64,000 bases of DNA from Thermoproteota archaeon (GCA_016882195.1 VGLU01000002.1:107884-171883), one strand, 5' to 3'. Shown: positions 9,588 through 19,641, numbered from the stretch's first letter. Translations and numbers: made by a program. The notes: generated by a model not told the origin, from the sequence alone.

Positions 9588-10325
9588 ATGGCTAAAGGAG
9601 CATATCGTATCCTTTTACCGACCGATGGCTCCATTCCTGCCCTGGCAGCGACAAAACATGCGGTGGAGCTGGTAAAGAAGATGGGCGGGCGGTTGATAGT
9701 GCTTACGGTAAAGGAGCCGAAGCCGATGATGCCGCTGGAGAGGCTGGCAGAGGACACAGTCCTGATGAGAGCCGAGAGGTTCGATGGGATCGAATACGCC
9801 AAGAGGCTGGCGGACCAGGAGAATGTAGCCATCGAGCTGCAGATCCGAGAGGGTTCTGTGGCGGGCGAGATAATCAAGACCGCGGAGGAGCTGGATGTGG
9901 ATATGATTGTCATGGGAAGCTCCAACCCCAAGGGGCTTTCTGGCTTCTTCTTGGGGCACATCGCCGACGCTGTGATCAAGGCTACGCCCATCTCGGTAAC
10001 GGTCATCAAGCCCAACCAAAAGGACATCCTTTCAATTAAGGAAAATGCACGCGCCTTCATAGTACCGACCGTGGAGCCGGTGGCTCCGAGGGTCGGAGAC
10101 GGGATGAAATTCAAAGTTGGATTGGCACTCTTCTTTGCGTACGCACTTGGATACATGGGCTACACCGTTTTGGGCGCCTTCAATAAGGCGATTCTGTCCA
10201 TAAGGTTAATGGGAATAAACTTGGGCCTCATCGGCGGGATGACATTGATCTTTTCAGCAATACTGATAGCGGTCATGTACAATTGGTACGCCAGCCGACT
10301 GGAAAAACGATCGGGGATTGCTTGA
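9588..10325 (+). CDS. Universal stress protein domain fused to C-terminal DUF485/YjcH-like two-TM domain
   Basis: ILLPTDGS, EIIKTAEELDVDMIVMGS, FFLGHIADAV (USP); C-terminal two TMs ending MYNWYASRLE; overlaps actP start. Confidence 0.8.
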   Translation: MAKGAYRILLPTDGSIPALAATKHAVELVKKMGGRLIVLTVKEPKPMMPLERLAEDTVLMRAERFDGIEYAKRLADQENVAIELQIREGSVAGEIIKTAEELDVDMIVMGSSNPKGLSGFFLGHIADAVIKATPISVTVIKPNQKDILSIKENARAFIVPTVEPVAPRVGDGMKFKVGLALFFAYALGYMGYTVLGAFNKAILSIRLMGINLGLIGGMTLIFSAILIAVMYNWYASRLEKRSGIA

Positions 10326-10326
10326 T

Positions 10327-11811
10327 ATGGATTATAGCTTCCAGCCGCTTGCATTTGCACTATTCGTAGTGATCACAGCGATAACCCTCTTTATCTCGGT
10401 GCTGGCAGCACGCAGAATACGGACGGCAAGCCACTATTACGTCGCAGGTGGAGGCGTGAAGTGGTTTGTGAATGGGATCGCCTTCGCCGGGGACTACCTT
10501 AGCGCAGCCTCGTTTCTTGGAATAGCCGGGTTGATCGCCTTCTTCGGTTTTGATGGATTCATGTACTCCATCGGCTTCCTTGCTGGGTGGATAGTTGCGC
10601 TGCTGCTGATTGCAGAGTCGTTCCGGCGAATCGGCAGGTTCACGCTCGCGGATGCACTAGTACACCGGTTCAAGAGCAAAAGGGTTCGACTCGCCGCGGC
10701 CGTGAGCACCCTTACGGTCAGCATCTTTTATCTGATCCCGCAGATGGTTGGTGCCGGTTCGATAATCCAACCGTTGATAGGCCTACCATACGAGGTTGGG
10801 GTGGTTGTCATCGGTGCCATCGTCATCCTAATAGTTGCGACTGCTGGAATGGTCTCCACAACCTACGTGCAGTTCATCAAGGGCTTTCTGCTTCTGTTCG
10901 CCGCGTTCGGTCTGACAATCGGGGTATTGATCGTTTCGGGCTACGGACCAGTTGACTTCGTCTCTAACATAATCTCGAATCCAGAGATTGTGACACCTAA
11001 GGGTGCCGTGGTCTCAGGAGAGGTCTTCATGTCCCCAGGTTTGAAATTTAAGAACCCTCTGGACTTTGCGTCCTTGGCGCTTGCCCTCTTTCTGGGCACG
11101 GCGGCACTCCCACACATACTCATTAGATACTACACGGTGCCTAGCCCCTCAGATGCCAGGAAGTCCACGGTAATAGCGATAGGCGCCATAGGGGCATTTT
11201 ACATACTGACGTTATTCCTCGGTCTGGGTGCCCTATACTTCCGCACGTTCGATCCCGCAAATGAGAACCTGTCCGCACCATTGCTGGCGCAGTTCATAGG
11301 TGGCGAGGCCTTCTTTGCGCTGATCTCCTCCATAGCCTTCGCGACCATACTCGGGACGGTGGCCGGTCTCCTAATGGCCGCAGCGGGCGCCATAGCCCAC
11401 GACATATATACCGAATATCTTGGCAAAAATAAAAGGGGAACCAACACCCTCAGAATATCAAAAGTTACGGCTGTAGGTGTAGGAGTCATAGCAATTGTCT
11501 TGGGCGTTCTTTCCAAGGGTCAGAATGTTGCCTTCCTTGTGGGTCTGGCCTTTGCCATCGCCGCCTCCGCGAACCTGCCTGCCATAATATGTGTGCTGTT
11601 CTGGAGCAAGACGAGTGAACGGGCTATCCTCGGGGGCATCGCTACTGGCCTCATATCCTCCATAGCCCTAATCCTTGTCAGCCCCACATTGATGGGAACC
11701 AGTGCACTGTTCGCATTGAACAACCCGGGGATCGTGAGCATACCCCTTGGGTTTGCTGTGACAATTGTGGTTTCACTCTTGGATGGCAAGAAGGGGCAGC
11801 AAGCAAAATAA
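10327..11811 (+). CDS. actP: Cation/acetate symporter (sodium:solute symporter family)
   Basis: NGIAFAGDYLSAASFLGI, FYLIPQMVGAG, GTAALPHILIRYYTVP, AFATILGTVAGL, QNVAFLVGLAFAIAASANLP; alternative start at 10318. Confidence 0.93.
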   Translation: MDYSFQPLAFALFVVITAITLFISVLAARRIRTASHYYVAGGGVKWFVNGIAFAGDYLSAASFLGIAGLIAFFGFDGFMYSIGFLAGWIVALLLIAESFRRIGRFTLADALVHRFKSKRVRLAAAVSTLTVSIFYLIPQMVGAGSIIQPLIGLPYEVGVVVIGAIVILIVATAGMVSTTYVQFIKGFLLLFAAFGLTIGVLIVSGYGPVDFVSNIISNPEIVTPKGAVVSGEVFMSPGLKFKNPLDFASLALALFLGTAALPHILIRYYTVPSPSDARKSTVIAIGAIGAFYILTLFLGLGALYFRTFDPANENLSAPLLAQFIGGEAFFALISSIAFATILGTVAGLLMAAAGAIAHDIYTEYLGKNKRGTNTLRISKVTAVGVGVIAIVLGVLSKGQNVAFLVGLAFAIAASANLPAIICVLFWSKTSERAILGGIATGLISSIALILVSPTLMGTSALFALNNPGIVSIPLGFAVTIVVSLLDGKKGQQAK

Positions 11812-12000
11812 GGCAGCTACTTGACCTCGGTTAGATGATCCCAGAGGGAGAGCGGTCGTCCAGAAATGCTACCGCGTACTCCCTCCTGAATATGGAAGTC
11901 AGCCTCCCAGCATAATAGCTCTTCTTGCCTTGTGCGATAGCATCGAGCACTCCTCTTGCGATATTATAAGGAGTGCAAAGTATTTTGTTGGGAGACGCAA

Positions 12001-12043
12001 TAAAAAATAAAAAATTTAAGGACGGTCATCTCCGTCCTTAAAT
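12001..12043 (-). terminator. Hairpin plus U-tract terminator after the urea-type transporter
   Basis: 12-bp perfect stem ATTTAAGGACGG/CCGTCCTTAAAT with 6-nt loop, followed on minus strand by a long T-rich tract. Confidence 0.7.
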
Positions 12044-12048
12044 GCTCA

Positions 12049-13056
12049 TTAGACGAAGACTCCTGTGAATATCTGTGTAGCGTAGATAGCGATCCATGTA
12101 GTTACGCAAAAAGGCAACGTTAACGCAGGCATCTTATAGGGTGCGTAAATAGACATTATAGCTGCCATTATCAATGTGGAGACTATTATGAAGAAGATGG
12201 CATAAACAAGGTTTATCGGATTTAAGGTGTAAAATACGCCAAAGAGTGCTAAGGCTGTTAACACGCCGTTATACCCAAAGATGCCATGATGTACGGCTTG
12301 CTTGTCTGCTCTTAGTCCTATTGCTGTTAACGTGCCAATAACTGATCCCATAAGTGCGACCACGCCGCCTAGTCCTAATGGGAAGCCTACGTTTGTAGTA
12401 CCTCCGGGTATATGGCTGTAGCTCCATGGATAGAGGAAGTAACCGCCCAGCGTGAGGCCTATAAAGAAAACTATGCCTGTTAGCCAGTGGTCCGAGAACA
12501 TTACTTGACTCATACCACGAAAAGCTGTTTTGACGCATTCGGCAGCAGTCCACTTCTCCTCCATTGTTGGCCAAGGCATCCACCATCCAAAATCGCCCAC
12601 ATTGAGTTTTCCAAAGCCGTGAAGGACGCCTCCAGCACCAACAGCCCATAGAAGAAGCATTGTTGTAATGTTGAATGGACCTGTTAAAGCAGGTAGTCCC
12701 CATGGGACGAAGAATCTTGTCAGAAAGACCATAACTACCGCTGAGAGGGCGGTACCGAATAGTGTGTAAACAACGCTACGTTTTGATGGCTTTATAAACA
12801 GCCACAATGCTGTAGCGGTTAGCTCGCCGTTGAACCCGAATAAGCCGAAGGTAACCCACCAATTATTTCCGCCGATAGCTATCCCTACAAGAGTTGCAAC
12901 AAGTGAACCGATAAACCCCCAGAGTGCCAAGCGCCTTGAGTAGATTGCTAGACCTACGAGGAAGAGAACACCCGTGATGGCGCTGTCATGGAACTGCACT
13001 TGTCCTATTCCTTTGAATATGGAGTCTATAAATTCAATGAAGTTTATAGTTATCAT
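12049..13056 (-). CDS. Urea transporter (UT) family channel, probably urea/amide channel
   Basis: Internally duplicated UT motifs GIGQVQF/GMSQVMF, GLFGFNG/GIFGYNG, LPALTGPF/MPALTLPF. Confidence 0.88.
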   Translation of the reverse strand: MITINFIEFIDSIFKGIGQVQFHDSAITGVLFLVGLAIYSRRLALWGFIGSLVATLVGIAIGGNNWWVTFGLFGFNGELTATALWLFIKPSKRSVVYTLFGTALSAVVMVFLTRFFVPWGLPALTGPFNITTMLLLWAVGAGGVLHGFGKLNVGDFGWWMPWPTMEEKWTAAECVKTAFRGMSQVMFSDHWLTGIVFFIGLTLGGYFLYPWSYSHIPGGTTNVGFPLGLGGVVALMGSVIGTLTAIGLRADKQAVHHGIFGYNGVLTALALFGVFYTLNPINLVYAIFFIIVSTLIMAAIMSIYAPYKMPALTLPFCVTTWIAIYATQIFTGVFV

Positions 13057-13108
13057 TGCCCACCATCACCTCTTTCGCCATTTTATTTAAAATAAAAAAA
13101 TAAGGTTG

Positions 13109-14101
13109 TTAGTCGCCTGGTGGTTTCGTTGTAGACCTTGTTACGGCTTCGGACATCTTTCTTGCCTTGTCAACGTCTGTAATCCACGTCTTGTAGAAGT
13201 CGTATGGGCACTCGCTAACGTATCCTGGGCTTTCTCCTGCCGATTCGTATGCCGTGTAACCTCTGTGGAGTAATTTGAACAGCGTGTTGCTAGCTGTCCA
13301 GTTTCTCCTCGCATCCCTTATCGTCTGAAGCGAGAGTTGGGCGTATCCAACTTCGTCTGGGCTTGCCTCGAGTTCTGTTAAGACGTGGCCATCAAAGTCA
13401 ACGATGTTTGAGTGCCCGAAGTAGTAGTAAGTTCCATCCCAGCCAGCCATGTTTGCAACGGCTACGTAGGCAGTGTTCATCCAAGCCATTACTGGTGGGA
13501 TCGCGCGCTGTTGATCCTTCGACGGATACATGTAACCCTGGCATCTAACGATGAGTTCTGCTCCTTTCATTGCACAGTCTCGCCAGATTTCAGAGTAGTC
13601 TCCGTCGTTGCATATTATAAGGCTGACCTTCAGTCCTTTCGGACCGTCAGATACGAATGTTCGGTCCCCTGGCCACCAAGGCTCTATTGGAACCCAAGGT
13701 ATTATTTTACGGTATTTCTGAACGATCTTTCCTCGGTCATTCATTAGAATCAGTGTGTTGTATGGGTTCTTCCTCGGGTGGTCCTCGTGGAGTTCGCCAG
13801 TTAGCGAGAAAACACCCCAGACTTTATTGTCTTTGCAGCCCTCTGCAAAGATGTCAGTCTCCTCGCCGGGGCAAGTTGTGGATAGCTCCTTCCACTTTTT
13901 AGGGTTGAACCCTTGGGTGCTGTATTCTGGGAAGATCATTAGATCCAAGCCAGGCATTCCAGCCTTAGTCCCTGAAATAAAGCTGTTTATGCGTCGGCAG
14001 TTGTCTAGCACTTCCTGCTTAGAATTTACTACTGGCACTCTGTAGTTGCAGACTGCTGTACCTACAGTTGTTTTCGATGACGAAATATCTCCTTGTACCA
14101 T
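13109..14101 (-). CDS. amiE: Aliphatic amidase (nitrilase superfamily)
   Basis: N-terminal [17 protein letters not shown], Glu-Lys-Cys triad ([20 protein letters not shown]), [30 protein letters not shown]. Confidence 0.9.
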   Translation of the reverse strand: MVQGDISSSKTTVGTAVCNYRVPVVNSKQEVLDNCRRINSFISGTKAGMPGLDLMIFPEYSTQGFNPKKWKELSTTCPGEETDIFAEGCKDNKVWGVFSLTGELHEDHPRKNPYNTLILMNDRGKIVQKYRKIIPWVPIEPWWPGDRTFVSDGPKGLKVSLIICNDGDYSEIWRDCAMKGAELIVRCQGYMYPSKDQQRAIPPVMAWMNTAYVAVANMAGWDGTYYYFGHSNIVDFDGHVLTELEASPDEVGYAQLSLQTIRDARRNWTASNTLFKLLHRGYTAYESAGESPGYVSECPYDFYKTWITDVDKARKMSEAVTRSTTKPPGD

Positions 14102-14178
14102 TTTTTATTCCCTCCTTTTATTTTGGTCGTGCTGTGTCGCATTATTCGGCTATTGATATTTTTAAGCATTTTTAATAA

Positions 14179-14200
14179 TTATAATTATTTATAATTACAA
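14179..14200. promoter_or_regulatory. Second copy of the 22-bp dyad, upstream of the amiE-UT operon
   Basis: TTATAATTATTTATAATTACAA, about 13 bp upstream of a TATA-like CTTAAAAA (14159-14166, minus). Confidence 0.6.
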
Positions 14201-14330
14201 ATCTATCCATGAGTGCACGCTGAGAACGGGGAATAACCACGCGACGAGGATCTTTATCGGCTCCAATCACTCCCATGAGAAAGCACCTATATAGACGGCA
14301 CTCTCAAGAAATGTCTGGAGGCGTTCATGC

Positions 14331-17300
14331 ATGGCATGCGCCGGCAGTAAAAGTCCTCCAAGGCTCGGTCGTGGAACGCACCTTGCTTATATTGCGCCCC
14401 TATTCCTTCTCTTCATAATCTCATTTACGGTCCTGCCCCCTAACCAAGTATTAGTTAGCTGCAACCCGAACGTATCCGCCTCAGAATCAGGTATCATTGC
14501 AAGATATACTGTTGAGATAACTCCTGCCGGGGCGGCCAAGCACGAGGTAAGCGTAAAGGCGGTGATCTCTCTCGGTGTAGCGACCGACCTTACGGTCACT
14601 TCACCAGATCAGGGGTTCAAGGCAAGGTGGATCACCATAGAGAAGTGCTACGACAGCACCAACAGGACAGTCTCGATCGAGCAGGTTGACAACAGGACAT
14701 GGAGGGTGTCTCCCCCCTCCCCCGGCGAGGTCACAATCGAGTACACCGCGTGCGCCGACATACCCAGCTCCATGGCGGTGGGATATTACCTGACGTACCT
14801 CTCGGAGAGCTGTGGGCTGCTGTACGCCAGCGCGATAATTCTCCGCCCGCCCACTCAGGGCGAGGTCGCGGTCAACTTTATAATGCCGTCCGGCTGGTCT
14901 GTAATAGCCGACGAGACGTGGTCTCCTGTCAACTCCACTGCCTTCACCGTCGGGACTGGTGACTTGGAGCTATTCGCCCCTGGCAACTGGTCCGTCTACA
15001 ACGGTACCTTCGGCGACAGCCAGAGGCTAAGGGTCGCGATCTGCGGGACGACAAAGCATGACAAAGGCGTTTACCTCAACAGCATAAAGACATGCTTGGA
15101 CTACTTCCACCAGCACATCGGGAAACTTCCCCAAGAGGAGCTCAATGTGGTGCTAGCAGACCTCCCTCTGCCCATGGACTACATGAGCGGGACGCCGAGG
15201 CTGGCCGTGAACCGCGCCGGCGGTGACTGGGGGATGTTCGAGGGGATGCTCTGGCACTACTGGTTCTTGAGATCGGTGCGCTACGACAGCCAGCTCGACC
15301 AGGACAGGGCGTGGTGGTTCGGCGAGGCGGCGAGCCCCTTCCTGCTCTATCCAGTCTATGAGGCGATAGGGGGGGCTTCGGAAGTCGCGACCGCCTGGGG
15401 CTTCAAGTACAATAACCTCACCTGGAAGAACTGGTACGTGGTGTACGAACAGTACGTAGGAACCAACTACAACATACCACTGGTGGACTACCCGGCGAAG
15501 AACAGGGAGACAGGCGACGTGCAGTACTACTTCCCATTGCCCTACATGAAGGGGTTCTTGGTGTTGCAGATGCTCAACCTCTCGATGGTAGAGGTGACCC
15601 ACGGTACCAAAGACATAAGGGATCTCGTGAAGTACATCTACGAGAACTACGCGGCGAAGGGCATAGGCTACAAGATCGAGGACGTCCTCAATGCGGTAAA
15701 TACCGTGTCCGGAAATAACTACACGGCATTCTTCGAGGCCTACGTATACGGTAATGAGACGCTGCCCATTCTGGAGAAGAGCGGTGACTACCTCTTTGAC
15801 TGGTCGACGTTGGGCGACAAGGCGTACAGAAGCCTCGCAAACACAGAGAAGGCACGGCCTACGCCCCAATATTGGCACGGTCAGGCCCCAGAGGGAGAGA
15901 CGGCAACACTCTTGGAGATGAAGAAGGAGAGCCAGCACTTCACGATCTACTTCCACCAGCAGGATGCTAAGATGGCTGCTCTCCTCCTGTTGGACTCCGA
16001 GAAGGCCTACGATGCCGTCACAAAGATCTATGGAGGCGAGGAGAAGCTCAAGATCAAGATGTTCATGACCTACAACAGTACCGAGTACGCCATACTCGGG
16101 GGCAACCCCAGCGCGGTCTACGACGAGTTCACAAGCGCAGGCGGGGTGGCGGTGGAGGCTGGCGACGAGATAAACTGGCTCAGGCCCATCCCAGACAGAA
16201 CGCAAACGCAGATGTATGATGTGGCAGCCCCCATCCACGAGCTGGGGCACGCCCTCCTGCGCCAAGTTTACCCCAACGTGTACAAGAACTGGGAGCAGTG
16301 GTTCAATGAGGGGATGCCCCTCTCCGAGATGGCATGGCTCGACAGCATGTGGGCTCCAGAAAGCTACTCCCCCTTCGGCGACCATGAGCCCATAAGGCAA
16401 CTTCAGACCTCGCTGATAGGCGGTTCGCCGTCCGTCATAGCGTTAACCCAGCTGGCGAAGATGGACTACGGCTCACTCAACTCCTCCGAGCAGCTACTGT
16501 TTCAGGGGGAGGGCATAACCTTCCACTTCTACATAGTGGCTAGGTACGATAATGGCCTGCAGAGGTTGCTCACTGAGTACAACAGAAGCGTGCCGCTCAG
16601 CATGGCCGCGGAGAGGGCCTTCGGAATAACCTACACAGACCTTGAGAGTGAGCTGTGGGTCACGGCGGAGAGGGCGGCTCTCCGTGTAAACTCCACCGAT
16701 GCGGTCGTCTCAAGAATAAACGGCGAAGGGGTGGACACCGGGCTTGCCGAGAGTTTGAAGCCAGAGGAGCCCTTCCTTGCGTTGCTGGTCGCGTATGCGT
16801 CGGAGACGAAGGCTGGCGTCGGTCCTGAAAAGGTGTTGTTGGGAACCATAGTTCCAGGTAGTTGGACGAGAGCAGACCTGCAAAAGACCGCAATAACGTC
16901 GCTGAACGTGAGTTCAACACAAACAGCCGCGAATGTAACGGTCTTGGTCCAAGAGGTGACGCCTGATGAGATGCCGGCAACCGCTACCGGCGAGGTTTAC
17001 CGGTACATCGAGATGACGGCGAGTGAAGGTGTTGGCCCCGCCATGATAACGTTCAAGGTTGCTAGGGCATGGGTAAACGAACACAGCACGAACAACGCAT
17101 CCATCACCTTAGAGAGGTACGTCTCAAACGATTGGGTCTTACTTTCCACCAAGAAAATCGGTGAAGACGGCGCGTACGCCTACTTCTCCGCGGAATCGCC
17201 GGGGCTGTCAACCTTCTCCATAGCCTCTGTTTCGCCTGCTGATCTGATACTGCCAAACAAAAAGGAGACGGCACACTTCATCTTTTATTTCAACACAACA

Positions 17301-19169
17301 TCTCAAGACTTCGTTGATCAATACAGCAACATCGCAGAAGGCGGCTTCTCCGGATTAGAGGTGATATTTGGCAACCTCTCAGAAAAAATAAAGGTTTACC
17401 TTTGCGAAACCGTTGAGGAGTTCCAGACCACCTCGGGGGGCTCGACGCCGCCAAATTTTGATGACAAGGTTGCGGCGGGGCAGTGTGTTGATGGAAAGGT
17501 TCAGATCTATAAGCCCACCCAGTTCTTTCCGGAAGATTATGCTATCGGCCTTCTTCACGAGATCGGTCACGCAGCATATTGGCAGCTTTATCCAACCGCC
17601 CTTGTTAAGAATAATTGGCTTAATGAAGCCTTGGCGGCGCAATCCATCAGCGGTTCAACCATCAGTTACGTCTGGGATGATGAGGTGAAGGCCGCTTTAG
17701 AGAATGGTACTTTCATACCGCTGGCGACACTTGAGAGTAATGGAGTAAGGAACGCGACTACGGAACACGGAATTAACGGCCCAGAGTACATCTCGCTGGT
17801 CAGCTTCATAGCGGGGGAGTTCGGCTTTGATAAGCTTCGCTCGGTTCTAACCTACTACAACGGGAGCGATAACATGGTCTCCTCCATAGAGAAGGGCACG
17901 GGCGTCAGCGCCGCTGTCTTTGAGCAGCGGTGGACGGCGAAGATAAGGTCCTACACCGCAGGAAACGTAACCGTGCCCACGGTAATAGAGAGCTGGGTCT
18001 CGAAGGAGCAGTTCGGTCAACCGGCGACCGCCTTCCTTCCCTCGGACGGGATATACGTCATGGTACGGAATAACGCCGAGAGCGACGATCAACCACTCGT
18101 AACCGTCCGCTTGGTGGATTCCTACGGGAATAGACTGATCGAGAGGTCATACAACGTACCTGGGCGGCACGGCACGACCGGGTTTGGCGACTATAACCCC
18201 GGGCGGTACATGACGCTTGGCATTTACCGTGTGGAGATCTGGAGCGGCGGCTCTCTGTTGCAGTCGATTGCGATATCCGTATCCACCGTAACAGCTGATA
18301 CCACGCCGCCCACCATAACCATAATCTCACCTGCAAAGGACAGCCTCCTGCAGACCAACTCCGTGTCGGTTAGCGCCTCCTACTCGGACAATGTGGGGAT
18401 TGACGTAAACTCCGTAACTATGAAGATAGACGGAGCGACCGTGACCCCCACCAAATCGCCGAATGGGGTAGAGTACACTGCCCTCCTCTCCGAGGGATCG
18501 CACACCGTTTTCCTCTCCGTGGCGGACACATCTGGCAATACTGCGGTGGCGACCTGGTCATTTACCATAAGCCTGTCATCATCCCAACAAGGTTCCCGCT
18601 GTATAATCGCCACATCGACCTATGGCTCAGAACTTGCACCCCAGGTCCAGTTCCTGAGAGAGTTCAGGGACAACCTTGCGCTAAAGACATTTGCTGGTAG
18701 CAGCTTCATGATGGTCTTCAACGCGTGGTACTACTCTTGGAGTCCTCCTGTTGCTGCCTCGATCGCACCAGATCCTTCCATCAGGGCCGTAATGCGCGTC
18801 ATCCTCCAGCCCCTTCTGAACATCCTTGAGCTGGCCGTGGCTACGTTCTCACTCTTCTCCTTCAATAGCGAACTGGGCATAGCGGTTGCTGGCATAGTCG
18901 CCTCCTCGCTGATAGGGCTCGTCTACTTCATGCCCGCAACCGTGCTGGTTCTCACCACGTTCTGCAGGCGCCGCGGCTCTGTTCCGCCGGTCAGGAAGAT
19001 CACGTTCTTGGTCGTGCCGTGGGCGGCGAGCCTCGTCCTGATCCTAGTGAGCGAGTTCGCCTCGTCGCAACTCCTGATGATGGTGGCTACTGGCACCCTC
19101 GTACTGTCGACAATAGCCCTCGTAGCAGGGGCAGTCTCGCTCGGGATAGCCCGCTATCTGCGGCGGTAA
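14331..19169 (+). CDS. Large exported multidomain surface protein: M61-like N-terminal domain (degenerate), two gluzincin/MA-like peptidase domains, PGF-pre-PGF-like domain, Ig-like domain, CFI-box-CTERM and TM anchors
   Basis: N-terminal hydrophobic signal; HELGH...WFNEG and HEIGH...WLNEA; ITFKVARAWV...FSAESPGLSTFSI; DTTPPTITIISP; CIIATSTYGSELAPQVQFLREFRD; C-terminal TMs. Confidence 0.78.
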   Translation: MACAGSKSPPRLGRGTHLAYIAPLFLLFIISFTVLPPNQVLVSCNPNVSASESGIIARYTVEITPAGAAKHEVSVKAVISLGVATDLTVTSPDQGFKARWITIEKCYDSTNRTVSIEQVDNRTWRVSPPSPGEVTIEYTACADIPSSMAVGYYLTYLSESCGLLYASAIILRPPTQGEVAVNFIMPSGWSVIADETWSPVNSTAFTVGTGDLELFAPGNWSVYNGTFGDSQRLRVAICGTTKHDKGVYLNSIKTCLDYFHQHIGKLPQEELNVVLADLPLPMDYMSGTPRLAVNRAGGDWGMFEGMLWHYWFLRSVRYDSQLDQDRAWWFGEAASPFLLYPVYEAIGGASEVATAWGFKYNNLTWKNWYVVYEQYVGTNYNIPLVDYPAKNRETGDVQYYFPLPYMKGFLVLQMLNLSMVEVTHGTKDIRDLVKYIYENYAAKGIGYKIEDVLNAVNTVSGNNYTAFFEAYVYGNETLPILEKSGDYLFDWSTLGDKAYRSLANTEKARPTPQYWHGQAPEGETATLLEMKKESQHFTIYFHQQDAKMAALLLLDSEKAYDAVTKIYGGEEKLKIKMFMTYNSTEYAILGGNPSAVYDEFTSAGGVAVEAGDEINWLRPIPDRTQTQMYDVAAPIHELGHALLRQVYPNVYKNWEQWFNEGMPLSEMAWLDSMWAPESYSPFGDHEPIRQLQTSLIGGSPSVIALTQLAKMDYGSLNSSEQLLFQGEGITFHFYIVARYDNGLQRLLTEYNRSVPLSMAAERAFGITYTDLESELWVTAERAALRVNSTDAVVSRINGEGVDTGLAESLKPEEPFLALLVAYASETKAGVGPEKVLLGTIVPGSWTRADLQKTAITSLNVSSTQTAANVTVLVQEVTPDEMPATATGEVYRYIEMTASEGVGPAMITFKVARAWVNEHSTNNASITLERYVSNDWVLLSTKKIGEDGAYAYFSAESPGLSTFSIASVSPADLILPNKKETAHFIFYFNTTSQDFVDQYSNIAEGGFSGLEVIFGNLSEKIKVYLCETVEEFQTTSGGSTPPNFDDKVAAGQCVDGKVQIYKPTQFFPEDYAIGLLHEIGHAAYWQLYPTALVKNNWLNEALAAQSISGSTISYVWDDEVKAALENGTFIPLATLESNGVRNATTEHGINGPEYISLVSFIAGEFGFDKLRSVLTYYNGSDNMVSSIEKGTGVSAAVFEQRWTAKIRSYTAGNVTVPTVIESWVSKEQFGQPATAFLPSDGIYVMVRNNAESDDQPLVTVRLVDSYGNRLIERSYNVPGRHGTTGFGDYNPGRYMTLGIYRVEIWSGGSLLQSIAISVSTVTADTTPPTITIISPAKDSLLQTNSVSVSASYSDNVGIDVNSVTMKIDGATVTPTKSPNGVEYTALLSEGSHTVFLSVADTSGNTAVATWSFTISLSSSQQGSRCIIATSTYGSELAPQVQFLREFRDNLALKTFAGSSFMMVFNAWYYSWSPPVAASIAPDPSIRAVMRVILQPLLNILELAVATFSLFSFNSELGIAVAGIVASSLIGLVYFMPATVLVLTTFCRRRGSVPPVRKITFLVVPWAASLVLILVSEFASSQLLMMVATGTLVLSTIALVAGAVSLGIARYLRR

Positions 19170-19181
19170 CCTCATTTCAGA

Positions 19182-19574
19182 TCAGATGGGCTTGTCCTTT
19201 GCCTTCAGAAGGAGCCACTGCCTCTCTCCCGCCTTCTTGAATCTGGTAAGCACGTACCTACCATGGAGTCTATCGCCACTTAGAACGAACTCTATCGTGT
19301 CCTTGCTCCAGACCAGCGGCTCATAGGAGCCCTTGTCCCATATCCTCACGGTCCCTGCTCCGTACTGCCCCTCTGGTATTGTCCCCTCAAACTCCCTGTA
19401 TTTTAATGAATGGTCCTCGACCTCGATGGCAAGCCTCTTCTCGCCGGGCTCTTCTGGGAGACCTTTCGGGACAGCCCAGCTCTTGAGGACCCCTCCCTTC
19501 TCCAGCCGGAAATCATAGTGGAGCCTCCTGGCATGATGCTCGTGTACAACAAAGGATCTTCCTTCCACCTTCAT
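19182..19574 (-). CDS. Stand-alone LigD 3'-phosphoesterase (PE) domain protein
   Basis: FVVHEHHARRLHYDFRLE, LKSWAVPKG, RLAIEVEDH, FEGTIPEGQYGAGTVRIWDKG. Confidence 0.92.
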   Translation of the reverse strand: MKVEGRSFVVHEHHARRLHYDFRLEKGGVLKSWAVPKGLPEEPGEKRLAIEVEDHSLKYREFEGTIPEGQYGAGTVRIWDKGSYEPLVWSKDTIEFVLSGDRLHGRYVLTRFKKAGERQWLLLKAKDKPI

Positions 19575-19641
19575 CCCCCAGCATAATACTTCACTCGCTA
19601 TTCTGCCTTCTTTAATATCAAGAAGAGGGAATTAAAATAAG

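Noticed and set aside
11820-11980. Minus-strand fragment (VLDAIAQGK...) vaguely like a PHP-domain C-terminus, plus an 8-bp hairpin
   Set aside because: Too short and unspecific to support a call.
15153-16400. 415-aa antisense ORF and the many other shadow ORFs in the track
   Set aside because: They overlap well-supported genes on the opposite strand or frame and show no motifs; expected from GC3-rich codon bias.
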